Assembly: GCA_005776585.1 (NCBI GenBank)
Contig: SXOX01000103.1
Location: 137,410-201,409 of the forward strand
Length of the DNA stretch: 64,000 nucleotides
Reading direction: 5' to 3'
From: Pseudomonadota bacterium
GTDB taxonomy: Bacteria > Myxococcota_A > UBA9042 > GCA-2863065
Under the pieces are notes generated by a model. The model worked only from the letters and a program-made list of their open reading frames with translations. It did no database searches and was not told the DNA's origin. Positions 1 through 8,260 of the stretch are shown here, piece after piece. The first letter of the stretch is position 1. The number at the start of each line of letters is the position of its first letter. The position numbers and the translations under genes are program-made.

Positions 1-2
1 GC

Positions 3-1232
3 AACGACGGCACGAGCTGCACGACCGGAGACACCTGCCAAGCGGGTCAATGCAAGGGCACACCGAAGAACTGCGACGATGAGAACCCCTGTACGGCCGA
101 CTCCTGCACTGGGAACGGCCAGTGTGTCCACACATCGCAAGCAGGTGCCTGCCCCGGCGGGACGTGCGTGAATGGCGGCTGTTGCCAGCCCAAGTGCGAG
201 GGCAAGACCTGCGGATCGGACGGCTGCGGCGGGGCGTGCGGCGAGTGCGTCGCCGGCCAGTTCTGCAGCGCCACCTTCTCGTGCAAGGCGTGCTCCTGCG
301 ACGGCAAGCAGTGTGGCGAGGACGGCTGTGGCAAGCTCTGTGGGTCCTGCGCCGCGGGGACCACGTGCTCGGCGGGCGGGACGTGCGTCGCGTTCAATCA
401 GCCGTGTACGGGACCGTGCACCGGGTCGGACGTCAACGCGCTGCTGTGCGCGCTCGACGTCTGCGACGCGACGCTCATCGGCGAGAAGTCTCTCGGCTCG
501 CCGCATACGTTCAGCAACATCGCTGGCGCGGCGGTGGCCGTCGAGCACCTCGGGGCGGCGACGAACGCGCTGGGACCCAAGAAGGGCACCTCGCTCGCCG
601 TCATCTCGACGGGGTCGGCCGTAGGCCCCGAACACAGCGTCGACCTGCCGGGCGGGCAGCAAGCCGCCGACCCGCACGTGCCGACGAGCAATCAGTCGAT
701 CCACGACGAGGTGGAGCTCACGGTCACGCTCACGGCACCCGCGGGGGCGACCGGCTTTGCGTTTCGCTCGGTGTTCCTGTCGGTCGAGTGGGAAGAGTAC
801 ATCGGCCAGACGTATACGGACCGCTTCTACGCCGTGCTCAAGGCACCGGTGACGACGAGCGGGCAGGCCAAGATCATCAACCTTGGGCCGTGCCTCGGCA
901 GCGCCAACGAGGTCGTCGTGCCCAACGCCCCGCCGCTCTGCTACATCGGCGTGAACTCCGGCTTCGAGGAGCCGTGCTCCGGACCCGTGACCGACATCTC
1001 GGGGACAGGCTTCCAGTGTGGCGCGGGTGGTGGAGGCCCCGGCGGTCAGGGCAATGGCGGTAGCAGCACGGGCTGGCTCATCACCCGCTGGCCGATCGCT
1101 CCGGGTGAGACGTTCACGCTCACGTTCCACATCCACGATGCGGCAGACGCGATCTACGACTCCGCTGCCGTCCTCGATGGCTTCGAGTGGCTCACCGGCG
1201 CGTTTTTGGCCGGTACCGCGAAGCTAAACTAG
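3..1232 (+). CDS. Secreted cysteine-rich repeat protein with choice-of-anchor-L-like C-terminal domain (5' end lies upstream of the window)
   Basis: The frame of the listed 168..1232 ORF stays open back to the window edge (NDGTSCTTGDTCQAGQCKGTPKNCDDENPCTADSC...). It has repeated CGxDGCGGxCGxC modules. The C-terminal block GFAFRSVFLSVEWEEYIGQTYTDRFYAVL resembles choice-of-anchor L domains. GC3 bias is strong. Confidence 0.7.
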   Translation, partial: NDGTSCTTGDTCQAGQCKGTPKNCDDENPCTADSCTGNGQCVHTSQAGACPGGTCVNGGCCQPKCEGKTCGSDGCGGACGECVAGQFCSATFSCKACSCDGKQCGEDGCGKLCGSCAAGTTCSAGGTCVAFNQPCTGPCTGSDVNALLCALDVCDATLIGEKSLGSPHTFSNIAGAAVAVEHLGAATNALGPKKGTSLAVISTGSAVGPEHSVDLPGGQQAADPHVPTSNQSIHDEVELTVTLTAPAGATGFAFRSVFLSVEWEEYIGQTYTDRFYAVLKAPVTTSGQAKIINLGPCLGSANEVVVPNAPPLCYIGVNSGFEEPCSGPVTDISGTGFQCGAGGGGPGGQGNGGSSTGWLITRWPIAPGETFTLTFHIHDAADAIYDSAAVLDGFEWLTGAFLAGTAKLN

Positions 1233-2552
1233 CCGCTCCATCCAGCTGGTGCGCCACTCTTCGAAGGCGACGCGCGCTCGGGCGACGTAGGCGGCCTTGC
1301 GGTCGTCCTTTTTGCCGCGCAGCTCGACGGCTGGAAACAGGCCGAAGTTCACGTTCTGGGGCTGAAATCGCCCAGTATAGCTCTCCCGTAGATGGCCCAT
1401 CATCGCGCCCAAGGCCGTCTCGGGGGGGGGGCCGTCGAGCGCGAGGCCCCGTCGTTCGGCGATGAGCGCCAGCGCGACGAACAGGCCACACGCCGTGGAC
1501 TCCACGTACCCTTCGACGCCGGTGAGCTGGCCGGCAAACCGCAGGCGCGGCTCCGTGCGCAGGCGCAGCGCGGCGTCCAACAGTCGCGGGCTGTCGATGA
1601 AGCTGTTGCGATGCACGGAGCCAAACCGGAAGAATGCGACCTGCTCGAGGCCAGGGATCGTTCGGAGGACCCGGAGCTGCTCGGGGTACTTCATGCGGGT
1701 CTGAAAGCCGACGAGGTTGTAGGCCGTGCCCGCGCGGTTCTCCTTGCGCAGCTGCACCACCGCCCAGGGACGCCGTCCGGTGCGCGGATCCGTGAGACCG
1801 ATGGGCTTCATGGGCCCAAAGCGGAGCGTCTCGCGGCCCTGTTCGGCCATGACCTCGATGGGCAGGCATCCCGGGAAATAGTGGACGTCCTTCTCGAAGT
1901 CCTTGGGCGCGACCTTCTCGGCCCCGAGCAACGCGTCGACGAAGGCCTCGTACTGCGGCTTGTCCATGGGGCAGTTGAGGTAGTCGGCGCCGTCGCCCTT
2001 GCCCCAGCGGCTCTCCGCGAAGATGACCCCGAGGTCGAGTGTGTCGGCGTCCACGATGGGTGCGATCGCGTCATAGAACGCGAGATGCTCCTGCCCGAGC
2101 CAGCGCTGGAGCTCGGCGGTGAGCGACGGGCTCGTGAGCGGCCCGGTGGCGATGACGACGTCCCCCGTTTCCGGGAGCTGCGTGACCTCGTCGCGACGGA
2201 CGGTGATGGCCGGGTGGTTCGAGATGAGCGTCGTCATCTCCGTGGCGAACGCGTCCCGGTCCACGGCCAGCGCGTCCCCGGCCGGCACGCGATGCTTGTC
2301 TCCCACGGCGAGCACGAGGCTGTGGAGCGCGCGCAGCTCCTCGTGCAGGAGCCCAATGGCGTTGTGTGGGTTGTCCGAGCGAAACGAGTTGGAACAGACG
2401 AGCTCGGCGAGCCGGTCGGTGAGGTGGGCCTCCGTCGAGCGCGTGGGACGCATCTCGTGCAGCGTGACGGGGATGCCGGCTCGGGCGAGCTGCCAGGAGA
2501 TCTCGCAGCCCGCGAGCCCGCCGCCGATGACGGTGACCGGCGCCTGCGTCAT
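1224..2552 (-). CDS. trmFO: Methylenetetrahydrofolate--tRNA-(uracil-5)-methyltransferase TrmFO
   Basis: Starts MTQAPVTVIGGGLAGCE (FAD GxGxxG) and shows full-length TrmFO/Gid-like sequence (...LVGFQTRMKYPEQ...FAGQLTGVEGYVES...), 442 aa. The ATG at 2552..2550 overlaps the dprA stop (ATGA). The N-terminal extension of the 611-aa track ORF is rejected. Confidence 0.9.
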   Translation of the reverse strand: MTQAPVTVIGGGLAGCEISWQLARAGIPVTLHEMRPTRSTEAHLTDRLAELVCSNSFRSDNPHNAIGLLHEELRALHSLVLAVGDKHRVPAGDALAVDRDAFATEMTTLISNHPAITVRRDEVTQLPETGDVVIATGPLTSPSLTAELQRWLGQEHLAFYDAIAPIVDADTLDLGVIFAESRWGKGDGADYLNCPMDKPQYEAFVDALLGAEKVAPKDFEKDVHYFPGCLPIEVMAEQGRETLRFGPMKPIGLTDPRTGRRPWAVVQLRKENRAGTAYNLVGFQTRMKYPEQLRVLRTIPGLEQVAFFRFGSVHRNSFIDSPRLLDAALRLRTEPRLRFAGQLTGVEGYVESTACGLFVALALIAERRGLALDGPPPETALGAMMGHLRESYTGRFQPQNVNFGLFPAVELRGKKDDRKAAYVARARVAFEEWRTSWMERLV

Positions 2553-3643
2553 GCCGCGGCCTGCGTGAGCACGTAGCAGTCGGCGCCCGTGCGGGTGACC
2601 TGGCCCTTGAGCTCGAGATCGAAGAGCACCTCCGAGAGCGCCCCGACCTCGAGCGGGACGCGCGAGAGCAGCGCGTCGAACGCGAGGGCGCCGCTCCGGA
2701 GGGCGTCCAGCACGCCGCTCGCGGCTCCGAGATCGGCCGAGCCCGTGCCACGCGGAGCCAACATGGGTGGGACGCCGCGGCTGCCGCTTGGCCAGGCGGC
2801 CGACGACAGCACTTTGAGCCCCAGGACGTCCAGGAGGTCCCGCGGGTGCGTGAACACGCGGGCCTTGCCTGCTCCGAGCAGGGCGTTCGTGCCCGAGGAC
2901 AACGGGTAGAGCACGTCCCCGGGCACGGCAAAGACCGGGCGGCCAAGCTTGGTGGCGTGCTCGGCCGTGATCAGTGAGCCGGACCTCTTGGCCGCCTGAA
3001 CGACGACCGTGGCCACGCCGAGCGCCGCGATGATGCGGTTGCGCGGCGGGACGGTCCACGTGGCGCCGTGCGCGTCGAGCAGGTACTCCGAGACGACCGC
3101 TCCCCGGTCGGCGATGGCGTCGAGGAACGCGCGCTTGCCCGGGTCGCGTTCGCCGAGCAGGCCGGTGCCGAGCACCGCGACGACCCGCCCGCCCGCAGCG
3201 AGCGCCCCGCGCATGGCCGCCTCGTCGATGCCGCGCGCTGCGCCCGACACGACGCCGACGCCGGCCTCGGCGAGCGCCCGGCCGAGCGACTCGGCGACGA
3301 GAAGGCCATAGGGGTCCGCCTCGCGCGAGCCGACAATGGCCACCATGGGCCCGCCCGGGAGCTGCCCACGGAGACTCAGGAGCGCGGCGTCGGCGACGTT
3401 GCGGCTACCGTCCGGCACCCACCAGCGCACGCCGTGCTCGGCGGCCTGGGCGAGCTGCCGCTCCGCTTCCTTGACGGTCTGCGGTTGACGCGTCCCCTCT
3501 CGAAGGCGCGCGCGGAGGCTGGTCGACTCGAGCGCAGCGACGCCGCCTTTGGCCTCGATGACCGCGGGGCACACGAGCCGTGGATCGCCGCCCGCGGCGA
3601 CGAGCAGCGTCAATCGAGCCAGCACCTCGGGGTCGGAAGCCAT
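2549..3643 (-). CDS. dprA: DNA-processing protein DprA/Smf
   Basis: 364 aa from ATG 3643..3641 (MASDPEVLARL...). The DprA core is present: MVAIVGSREADPYG, GVVSGAARGIDEAAMRGAL, PPRNRIIAALG, SGSLITAEHA, and a C-terminal winged-helix-like tail. The stop overlaps the trmFO start. Confidence 0.85.
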   Translation of the reverse strand: MASDPEVLARLTLLVAAGGDPRLVCPAVIEAKGGVAALESTSLRARLREGTRQPQTVKEAERQLAQAAEHGVRWWVPDGSRNVADAALLSLRGQLPGGPMVAIVGSREADPYGLLVAESLGRALAEAGVGVVSGAARGIDEAAMRGALAAGGRVVAVLGTGLLGERDPGKRAFLDAIADRGAVVSEYLLDAHGATWTVPPRNRIIAALGVATVVVQAAKRSGSLITAEHATKLGRPVFAVPGDVLYPLSSGTNALLGAGKARVFTHPRDLLDVLGLKVLSSAAWPSGSRGVPPMLAPRGTGSADLGAASGVLDALRSGALAFDALLSRVPLEVGALSEVLFDLELKGQVTRTGADCYVLTQAAA

Positions 3644-3675
3644 GGGGCGGCAAGGTAGGGCGAGGCCAGGCGGTG

Positions 3676-4791
3676 TCAAGGTCCGTAGACGAACGGCATC
3701 GGCCCCTCGGGGGTCGTCCCAAGCACGAAGGCGACCAGCGCCACGACCAGCACGACGAGCGGCAGGAGCCAATACGGCCACTGGTCGCGGAGCACGCGAA
3801 ATACAACTGGCACGGGTCGCGCCGGCGCGCCCGACGGGAGGCCCGCGAGAAAGGCCGGCAGGACCAGGGTCCCAGCCAGCGCCGGGAGCAGGAACTCGAG
3901 CGTCGTGAAGAGGAGCGCGGTCGCCAGCAGCGCTTCGGGCGGGGCGAAGGAGCCGAGCAGCGTGAGGATGGCCAGCTCGCGTGTGCCGAGGCCCGAGATC
4001 GTGACCGGCAGCAGCGTAATGCCCATGACGACCGGCATGGCCGCAAAGACCGCCCAGGTCGGGACCGGGACGCCGAGGGTGCGCAGGCAGAGCACCATCG
4101 CGAGGATCTCGGTGAGCTCGACGAGCAGGCTCAGGCCGAGCAGGCCGGTCTTCGTCGAGAGCGGGAGGTCCAAGAAGCCCCGCGCGAGCTGCTCCAGCGC
4201 GCGACCGGCCCGGCCGGAGACGCGGGTCGCGAGCCGAAGCCCCAGGCGCTGGACGAACGACGAGCCCAGCGCGAGCACGACGCCCAGCACCGCGACCGAG
4301 GGGAGGAGCGCCGTTGCAAGCTGCGAGCGCGCGAGGGAGAGTCCCATGACCAGATAGAGCAGCTGTGCGACGCCCACGAGGAACATGTCGAAGACGATGG
4401 TCGCTGCCGCATCGCCGAGCGGGACCGGCGTGCGGCGCGAGAGCCACAGCGCGCGGAAGGCCTCGCCGCCCTTCATCGGGATGGCCAGCTTGAGCGGCTG
4501 GCTGCCGAAGCGGGCGAAGACCAGGGTGCCGAACGGGACGCGGTGGCCAAGCGCCAGCAGCGTGCGCTGCCAACGCAGCGACGGCAGGAGCGCATAGGCG
4601 AGCAGGGAGAAGGCCGCGGTTGCAAACAGCGCCACGGGATCCGCTCCGGCGAGGGCGGAGCGTACTCCAGCGAGGTCGACGCGTGAGACGACGAACGCGA
4701 GCAGCCCCACGGTGACCGCGAGCACCAGCGCGCCGCGGCCCCAATGCGGCGTCGGGCGGTCGGCGTCGGTCCCAAGCGCGGTCCCGCTCAC
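3676..4791 (-). CDS. Polytopic membrane protein, lysylphosphatidylglycerol-synthase TM-region (UPF0104/flippase-like) family
   Basis: About 8 hydrophobic helices. The RWQRTL...FGSQPLKLAIPMKGGEAFRALWLSR motif pattern is typical of LPG_synthase_TM proteins. The only plausible start is GTG 4791..4789, which overlaps the radical SAM stop (GTGA). Confidence 0.7.
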   Translation of the reverse strand: MSGTALGTDADRPTPHWGRGALVLAVTVGLLAFVVSRVDLAGVRSALAGADPVALFATAAFSLLAYALLPSLRWQRTLLALGHRVPFGTLVFARFGSQPLKLAIPMKGGEAFRALWLSRRTPVPLGDAAATIVFDMFLVGVAQLLYLVMGLSLARSQLATALLPSVAVLGVVLALGSSFVQRLGLRLATRVSGRAGRALEQLARGFLDLPLSTKTGLLGLSLLVELTEILAMVLCLRTLGVPVPTWAVFAAMPVVMGITLLPVTISGLGTRELAILTLLGSFAPPEALLATALLFTTLEFLLPALAGTLVLPAFLAGLPSGAPARPVPVVFRVLRDQWPYWLLPLVVLVVALVAFVLGTTPEGPMPFVYGP

Positions 4792-6065
4792 AGCGGCACG
4801 TCCTCCGCCGAACGGCGCGACTCCAGCGGGCGCGTCATCCAGCTCCAGAGGCGGTGGCCCATCTCGGGAAGCTCGTGCGGGCGGACCTCGAGCTTTCGCG
4901 CGACTCGGAGCGCGCGGCCCGGGTGCAGGTAGTAGCCGGCATACGCGGCGGCTCGCAGGCGCGGATCGACCGCGATGGGCGCGCCCGAGAGCTGCGCGCC
5001 TGGCCAGGCCGAGAGCTGGGAGAAGTGCGCCATGTCGAGCTTCAGGTCCGTCGCGAGGCGGAAGGTCGCGAGGCGGTCGGCCGCCGTCTCTTCGGGCAAA
5101 CCGAGCACGAAGTAGCCTGTGACCCCCAGGCCGTGCGTACGACAGGCCGCGATGGTGGCCGTGACGTGCGCGAGCTCGAGGCGGCGGCCCAGCGCTCTCT
5201 GACCGCTCGCGCTCGCGGTTTCGAGCCCCAGGGCAAGCCGGGTGCAACCCGCGGCTGCCAGGGCGGCGACCAGCGGCGGATCGACCGCGTCCGGCCGTAC
5301 GCCGTTGAGCAGCTCGAACGTCACGCCGGGCGGCCGTCGCGCGAGCGCGTCGAGCAGCGCGAGCGAGCGTGCGCGGTCCTCGAGGAAGTGGTCGTCCTCG
5401 ACCAGGACGCCATCGACGCCGTGATCGACCCGCAGGCGGCGCCACTCGTCGAGCACCGCCTCGATGGGCCGAAAGCGCACATGACGACCCCAGAGCGCGG
5501 GCGCCGAGCAATAGCGGCACGCGTGGCGGCAGCCGCGGCTCGTGACCACGGCGGTGTAGCGACGACCGGGCGGGCGATGCTCCCGATGGTAGGCCGGCAC
5601 GGCGAAGACCGTGCGGTCCGGGTGAGGCAGCGTGGCGAGGTCGAGCGGCGCTGCACCGGGGCCCCCGTAGACGCCAGGGACCGCTCGCCAGGCGCCGCCG
5701 GCACGCACCACGGCCGGGAAGCTGGCCTCGCCCTCGCCCAGCACGACGACGTCGGCGCCGAGCTCGTCCTCGGGCGCCAGCGTGGGGTGCGGCCCGCCGA
5801 CGACGATGGTGACCCGCGGTGCGGCCGCGCGTATGGCCGCGATGACGCGTCGCCCGGCGTCCGCCCCCGGCGACCAGACCGAGAGCCCGACCAGGTCGAC
5901 GTCCCCGCGCCGCAGCCGCCCCTGGAGTGCGCGCAGGCCGACCCGGCCGACGTCGAGGCCCTCGACCGACGCCCCCGTCGCGACGAGCCCCGGCACGAGC
6001 GCCGCGAGCGCGAGCGGGTAGGCCTCTTCGAAGCCGACCGGGAGGTGGACGAGCAGTACCCGCAC
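4788..6065 (-). CDS. B12-binding-domain radical SAM protein
   Basis: The N-terminal Rossmann-like B12 domain reads MRVLLVHLP...VDLVGLSVW...IVVGGPHPT, followed by the radical SAM cluster motif SRGCRHACRYCS (CxxxCxxC). 425 aa. Confidence 0.85.
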   Translation of the reverse strand: MRVLLVHLPVGFEEAYPLALAALVPGLVATGASVEGLDVGRVGLRALQGRLRRGDVDLVGLSVWSPGADAGRRVIAAIRAAAPRVTIVVGGPHPTLAPEDELGADVVVLGEGEASFPAVVRAGGAWRAVPGVYGGPGAAPLDLATLPHPDRTVFAVPAYHREHRPPGRRYTAVVTSRGCRHACRYCSAPALWGRHVRFRPIEAVLDEWRRLRVDHGVDGVLVEDDHFLEDRARSLALLDALARRPPGVTFELLNGVRPDAVDPPLVAALAAAGCTRLALGLETASASGQRALGRRLELAHVTATIAACRTHGLGVTGYFVLGLPEETAADRLATFRLATDLKLDMAHFSQLSAWPGAQLSGAPIAVDPRLRAAAYAGYYLHPGRALRVARKLEVRPHELPEMGHRLWSWMTRPLESRRSAEDVPL

Positions 6066-6173
6066 CGTCGCATCATCGCGGGATTCGGCCAGGCAAGGAA
6101 GCGCGCGCGCCGGCGGCTCGCAATTGCCGTCCTGACGGGTCTCTGCTATCGCTTCGATGCTCGCGGGAGGGAC

Positions 6174-6254
6174 ATGAAACTCGAGAAGGACGAACTGCTA
6201 AGGCATCTCAGCGCCGGCGAGCCGACCATCGACACCGAAGGCAGGTCGCGATGA
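6174..6254 (+). CDS. Possible 26-codon upstream ORF (MKLEKDELLRHLSAGEPTIDTEGRSR) coupled to ptuA
   Basis: GGGAGGG lies at 6165..6171, but only 2-3 nt before the ATG. The stop TGA overlaps the ptuA ATG (ATGA at 6251..6254). Codons are A/T-ending like the ptuAB islet. There is no homology evidence. Confidence 0.2.
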   Translation: MKLEKDELLRHLSAGEPTIDTEGRSR

Positions 6255-7615
6255 CGCGCTCCACGACGACCCGCATCGAGCGGCTCGAGCTGACGAACTT
6301 CCGCATGTTCGCGCGTTTGACCATCGAGCTCCACCCCGAGCTGACCGTGCTCGTGGCCCCCAACGGCTGTGGCAAGACCACGATTCTGGACGCGCTCGCT
6401 CAGGCGCTGAAGCCGCTGGCCGACGTGCTCGCCGGCGCGCCGCATCGGTCGCTCTGGCAGTCGGGGGACGTGCGTCGTGCTCGAGCCCCCGACGGCCGGA
6501 TGGCCGCAGTCTTGCCGAGCCTCGTTTCGGTCGACGCCGAGATCGTCGGTCGGCCGGTCAGCTGGCAGCAACATCGTCGAACTCTCCTGACACACCCCTC
6601 ATGGAGCGGCGCTCGGCCGCTCCGCAACCTTGCGACCACATTGCATGACGCCCTGATTCGGTCGCTAGAAGAGCCCGGCGTCGTGCCTGCTGAGGTTCCG
6701 GTGTTGCCGGTTCTGGTCTACCACGGGAGTGGCCGCCGCTGGCCACCCTTTCTCTCGGGACCGCTGAAGCCGGTCCTGAAGGACTCCGGGCCATTGGGTG
6801 CCTTCGAAGCGTCCTTCAAGGTCGACAACGCGTTTCACCTGTTTCAGGACTGGTTCTTCCGCCACTGGTTTCAGGTGCAAGCCGACGGTGACCGCACCGA
6901 GCCCCCGGTCGTGCGCAGAAGGCAGCAAGTCGCGGCGGTCGTGCGTGCGTTGAATGTTGCTCTCGAGCCGACGGGATGGCGGGACCCGCGCTGGAACGTG
7001 ACCGACGGACACACCCTGGAGCTGAGCCACTCGCGGTTTGGGACCCTGCCGGTCAATCTCATGAGCGATGGCATCCGCGGTATCGTTGCGATCGTGGGAG
7101 ACCTCGCAATGCGTTGCGCAATGCTGAATTCGCACCTCGGAGAGCATGCGGCCGAGCAGTCGCCGGGAATCGTATTGATCGACGAGGTTGATCTCCATCT
7201 GCACCCCGACTGGCAGCAAGTCGTCCTTGGAACGCTCAGGGCGAGCTTTCCGGCGGTGCAGCTCATCGTCACGACGCACAGCCCGCAGGTCGTCTCAACC
7301 GCGCACCGAGAGTCCATTCGAATCATCGGGCCGGAGGGCCAGGTCGACGTACCGGACCTCCAGACCCGTGGCGTCGAGAGCGCGGCGGTCCTTGCCGAGG
7401 TGATGGGAGTCGACCCTGTGCCGCCGCTCGACGAGTCCAGGCTGGTTATGGATTACCAGGCCCTGATCGAGCAGGGTCAGGCCGGCACTCCACATGCCGA
7501 GCGAATGCGACAGCAGGTCAACGAGCACTTTGGCCCGAGCCACCCCGTCGTATTGGAGTGCGAGCGTCTCGTGCGGTGGCAGAGCTTCAAGCTTGCGCGG
7601 GAAGCCAGAGCCTAG
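6251..7615 (+). CDS. ptuA: ABC/SMC-type AAA ATPase (AAA_15/AAA_21-like), Septu PtuA-like
   Basis: The N-terminus is RecF/SMC-like (RIERLELTNFRMFARLTIELHPELTVLVAPNGCGKTT, Walker A). Walker B/D-loop is GIVLIDEVDLHLHP and the H-loop is VTTHSPQVV. 454 aa. An HNH gene follows 9 nt downstream. GC3 is visibly lower than in the neighbours. Confidence 0.8.
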   Translation: MTRSTTTRIERLELTNFRMFARLTIELHPELTVLVAPNGCGKTTILDALAQALKPLADVLAGAPHRSLWQSGDVRRARAPDGRMAAVLPSLVSVDAEIVGRPVSWQQHRRTLLTHPSWSGARPLRNLATTLHDALIRSLEEPGVVPAEVPVLPVLVYHGSGRRWPPFLSGPLKPVLKDSGPLGAFEASFKVDNAFHLFQDWFFRHWFQVQADGDRTEPPVVRRRQQVAAVVRALNVALEPTGWRDPRWNVTDGHTLELSHSRFGTLPVNLMSDGIRGIVAIVGDLAMRCAMLNSHLGEHAAEQSPGIVLIDEVDLHLHPDWQQVVLGTLRASFPAVQLIVTTHSPQVVSTAHRESIRIIGPEGQVDVPDLQTRGVESAAVLAEVMGVDPVPPLDESRLVMDYQALIEQGQAGTPHAERMRQQVNEHFGPSHPVVLECERLVRWQSFKLAREARA

Positions 7616-7624
7616 GGAGCTCGG

Positions 7625-8260
7625 ATGCGCCGCATCGATCGAACCGCGGTTTCGCCACCAGCTTGCCTGAGCGCTTTCCACCACTCGACCCATGGTTGGC
7701 ATGATGTGCTTCCGTGTAAGCCGGCAATCCGCAAGGCCCTTGCCGAGATTCAGGAATCCCACTGCGCCTACTGCGAGGGTCCGCTTCGTGCCGAGTCCCA
7801 CTTCGAGCACTTTCGGCGCAAGAACCCGGACCACTTTCCGGAGCTGACCTTTGAGTGGACCAATCTGTTTCTCTGCTGTAGCGCTCGCGAGCACTGTGCC
7901 TGGTTCAAGGACCGGCCAAAGGCCACCGCCTACGATCCGGCCGACCTCGTCAAGCCGGATGAGGAGAATCCGGACGACTCCTTGTACTATCACCACAATG
8001 GCGAGGTGCGGCCGCGCACGGGCGCGTCTCGACCGCATCGCGCCAGTTGCACGATAGCGGTGCTGAACCTGAACCATGTCCGGCTGAAGGCAGCGCGCGC
8101 CCAGGCGGTGAGGCGCTATTGGGGTCCCAATGGAAGGGACCTGGAGGAGCTGATGACCTGGTCGGCCGAGGACCGTCGCGCCTACCTCTGTGGTGAGGAC
8201 GAGACGCTGAGGACGACCCCATTTGCCACGACGATTCGTCACTTCCTCATGGCGAGCTGA
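7625..8260 (+). CDS. ptuB: HNH endonuclease of the TIGR02646 / Septu PtuB-like type
   Basis: Motif HCAYCEGPL...SHFEHFRRKNP...WTNLFLCCSAREHC..FKD (Cys pair, H, N, C/H) matches the AYCE-type HNH proteins that pair with PtuA-like ATPases. 211 aa, with many A/T-ending codons. Confidence 0.7.
   Translation: MRRIDRTAVSPPACLSAFHHSTHGWHDVLPCKPAIRKALAEIQESHCAYCEGPLRAESHFEHFRRKNPDHFPELTFEWTNLFLCCSAREHCAWFKDRPKATAYDPADLVKPDEENPDDSLYYHHNGEVRPRTGASRPHRASCTIAVLNLNHVRLKAARAQAVRRYWGPNGRDLEELMTWSAEDRRAYLCGEDETLRTTPFATTIRHFLMAS

Noticed and set aside
1224-4744. N-terminal extensions of the track ORFs 1224..3059 (611 aa) and 2549..4744 (731 aa)
   Set aside because: The extensions are Arg/Pro/Gly-rich and run through the upstream genes. 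TrmFO and DprA homology starts at the internal ATGs 2552 and 3643, which form ATGA or short-gap junctions.
4854-6254. 466-aa plus-strand ORF opposite the radical SAM gene
   Set aside because: It is a shadow of a gene with an unambiguous CxxxCxxC radical SAM motif. Only its last 26 codons, in the intergenic region, are kept as a low-confidence upstream ORF.
6140-8260. Retron (Ec78-type) interpretation of the PtuAB pair
   Set aside because: There is no reverse transcriptase ORF and no obvious msr/msd-like structured region adjacent. The pair appears to be stand-alone and Septu-like.
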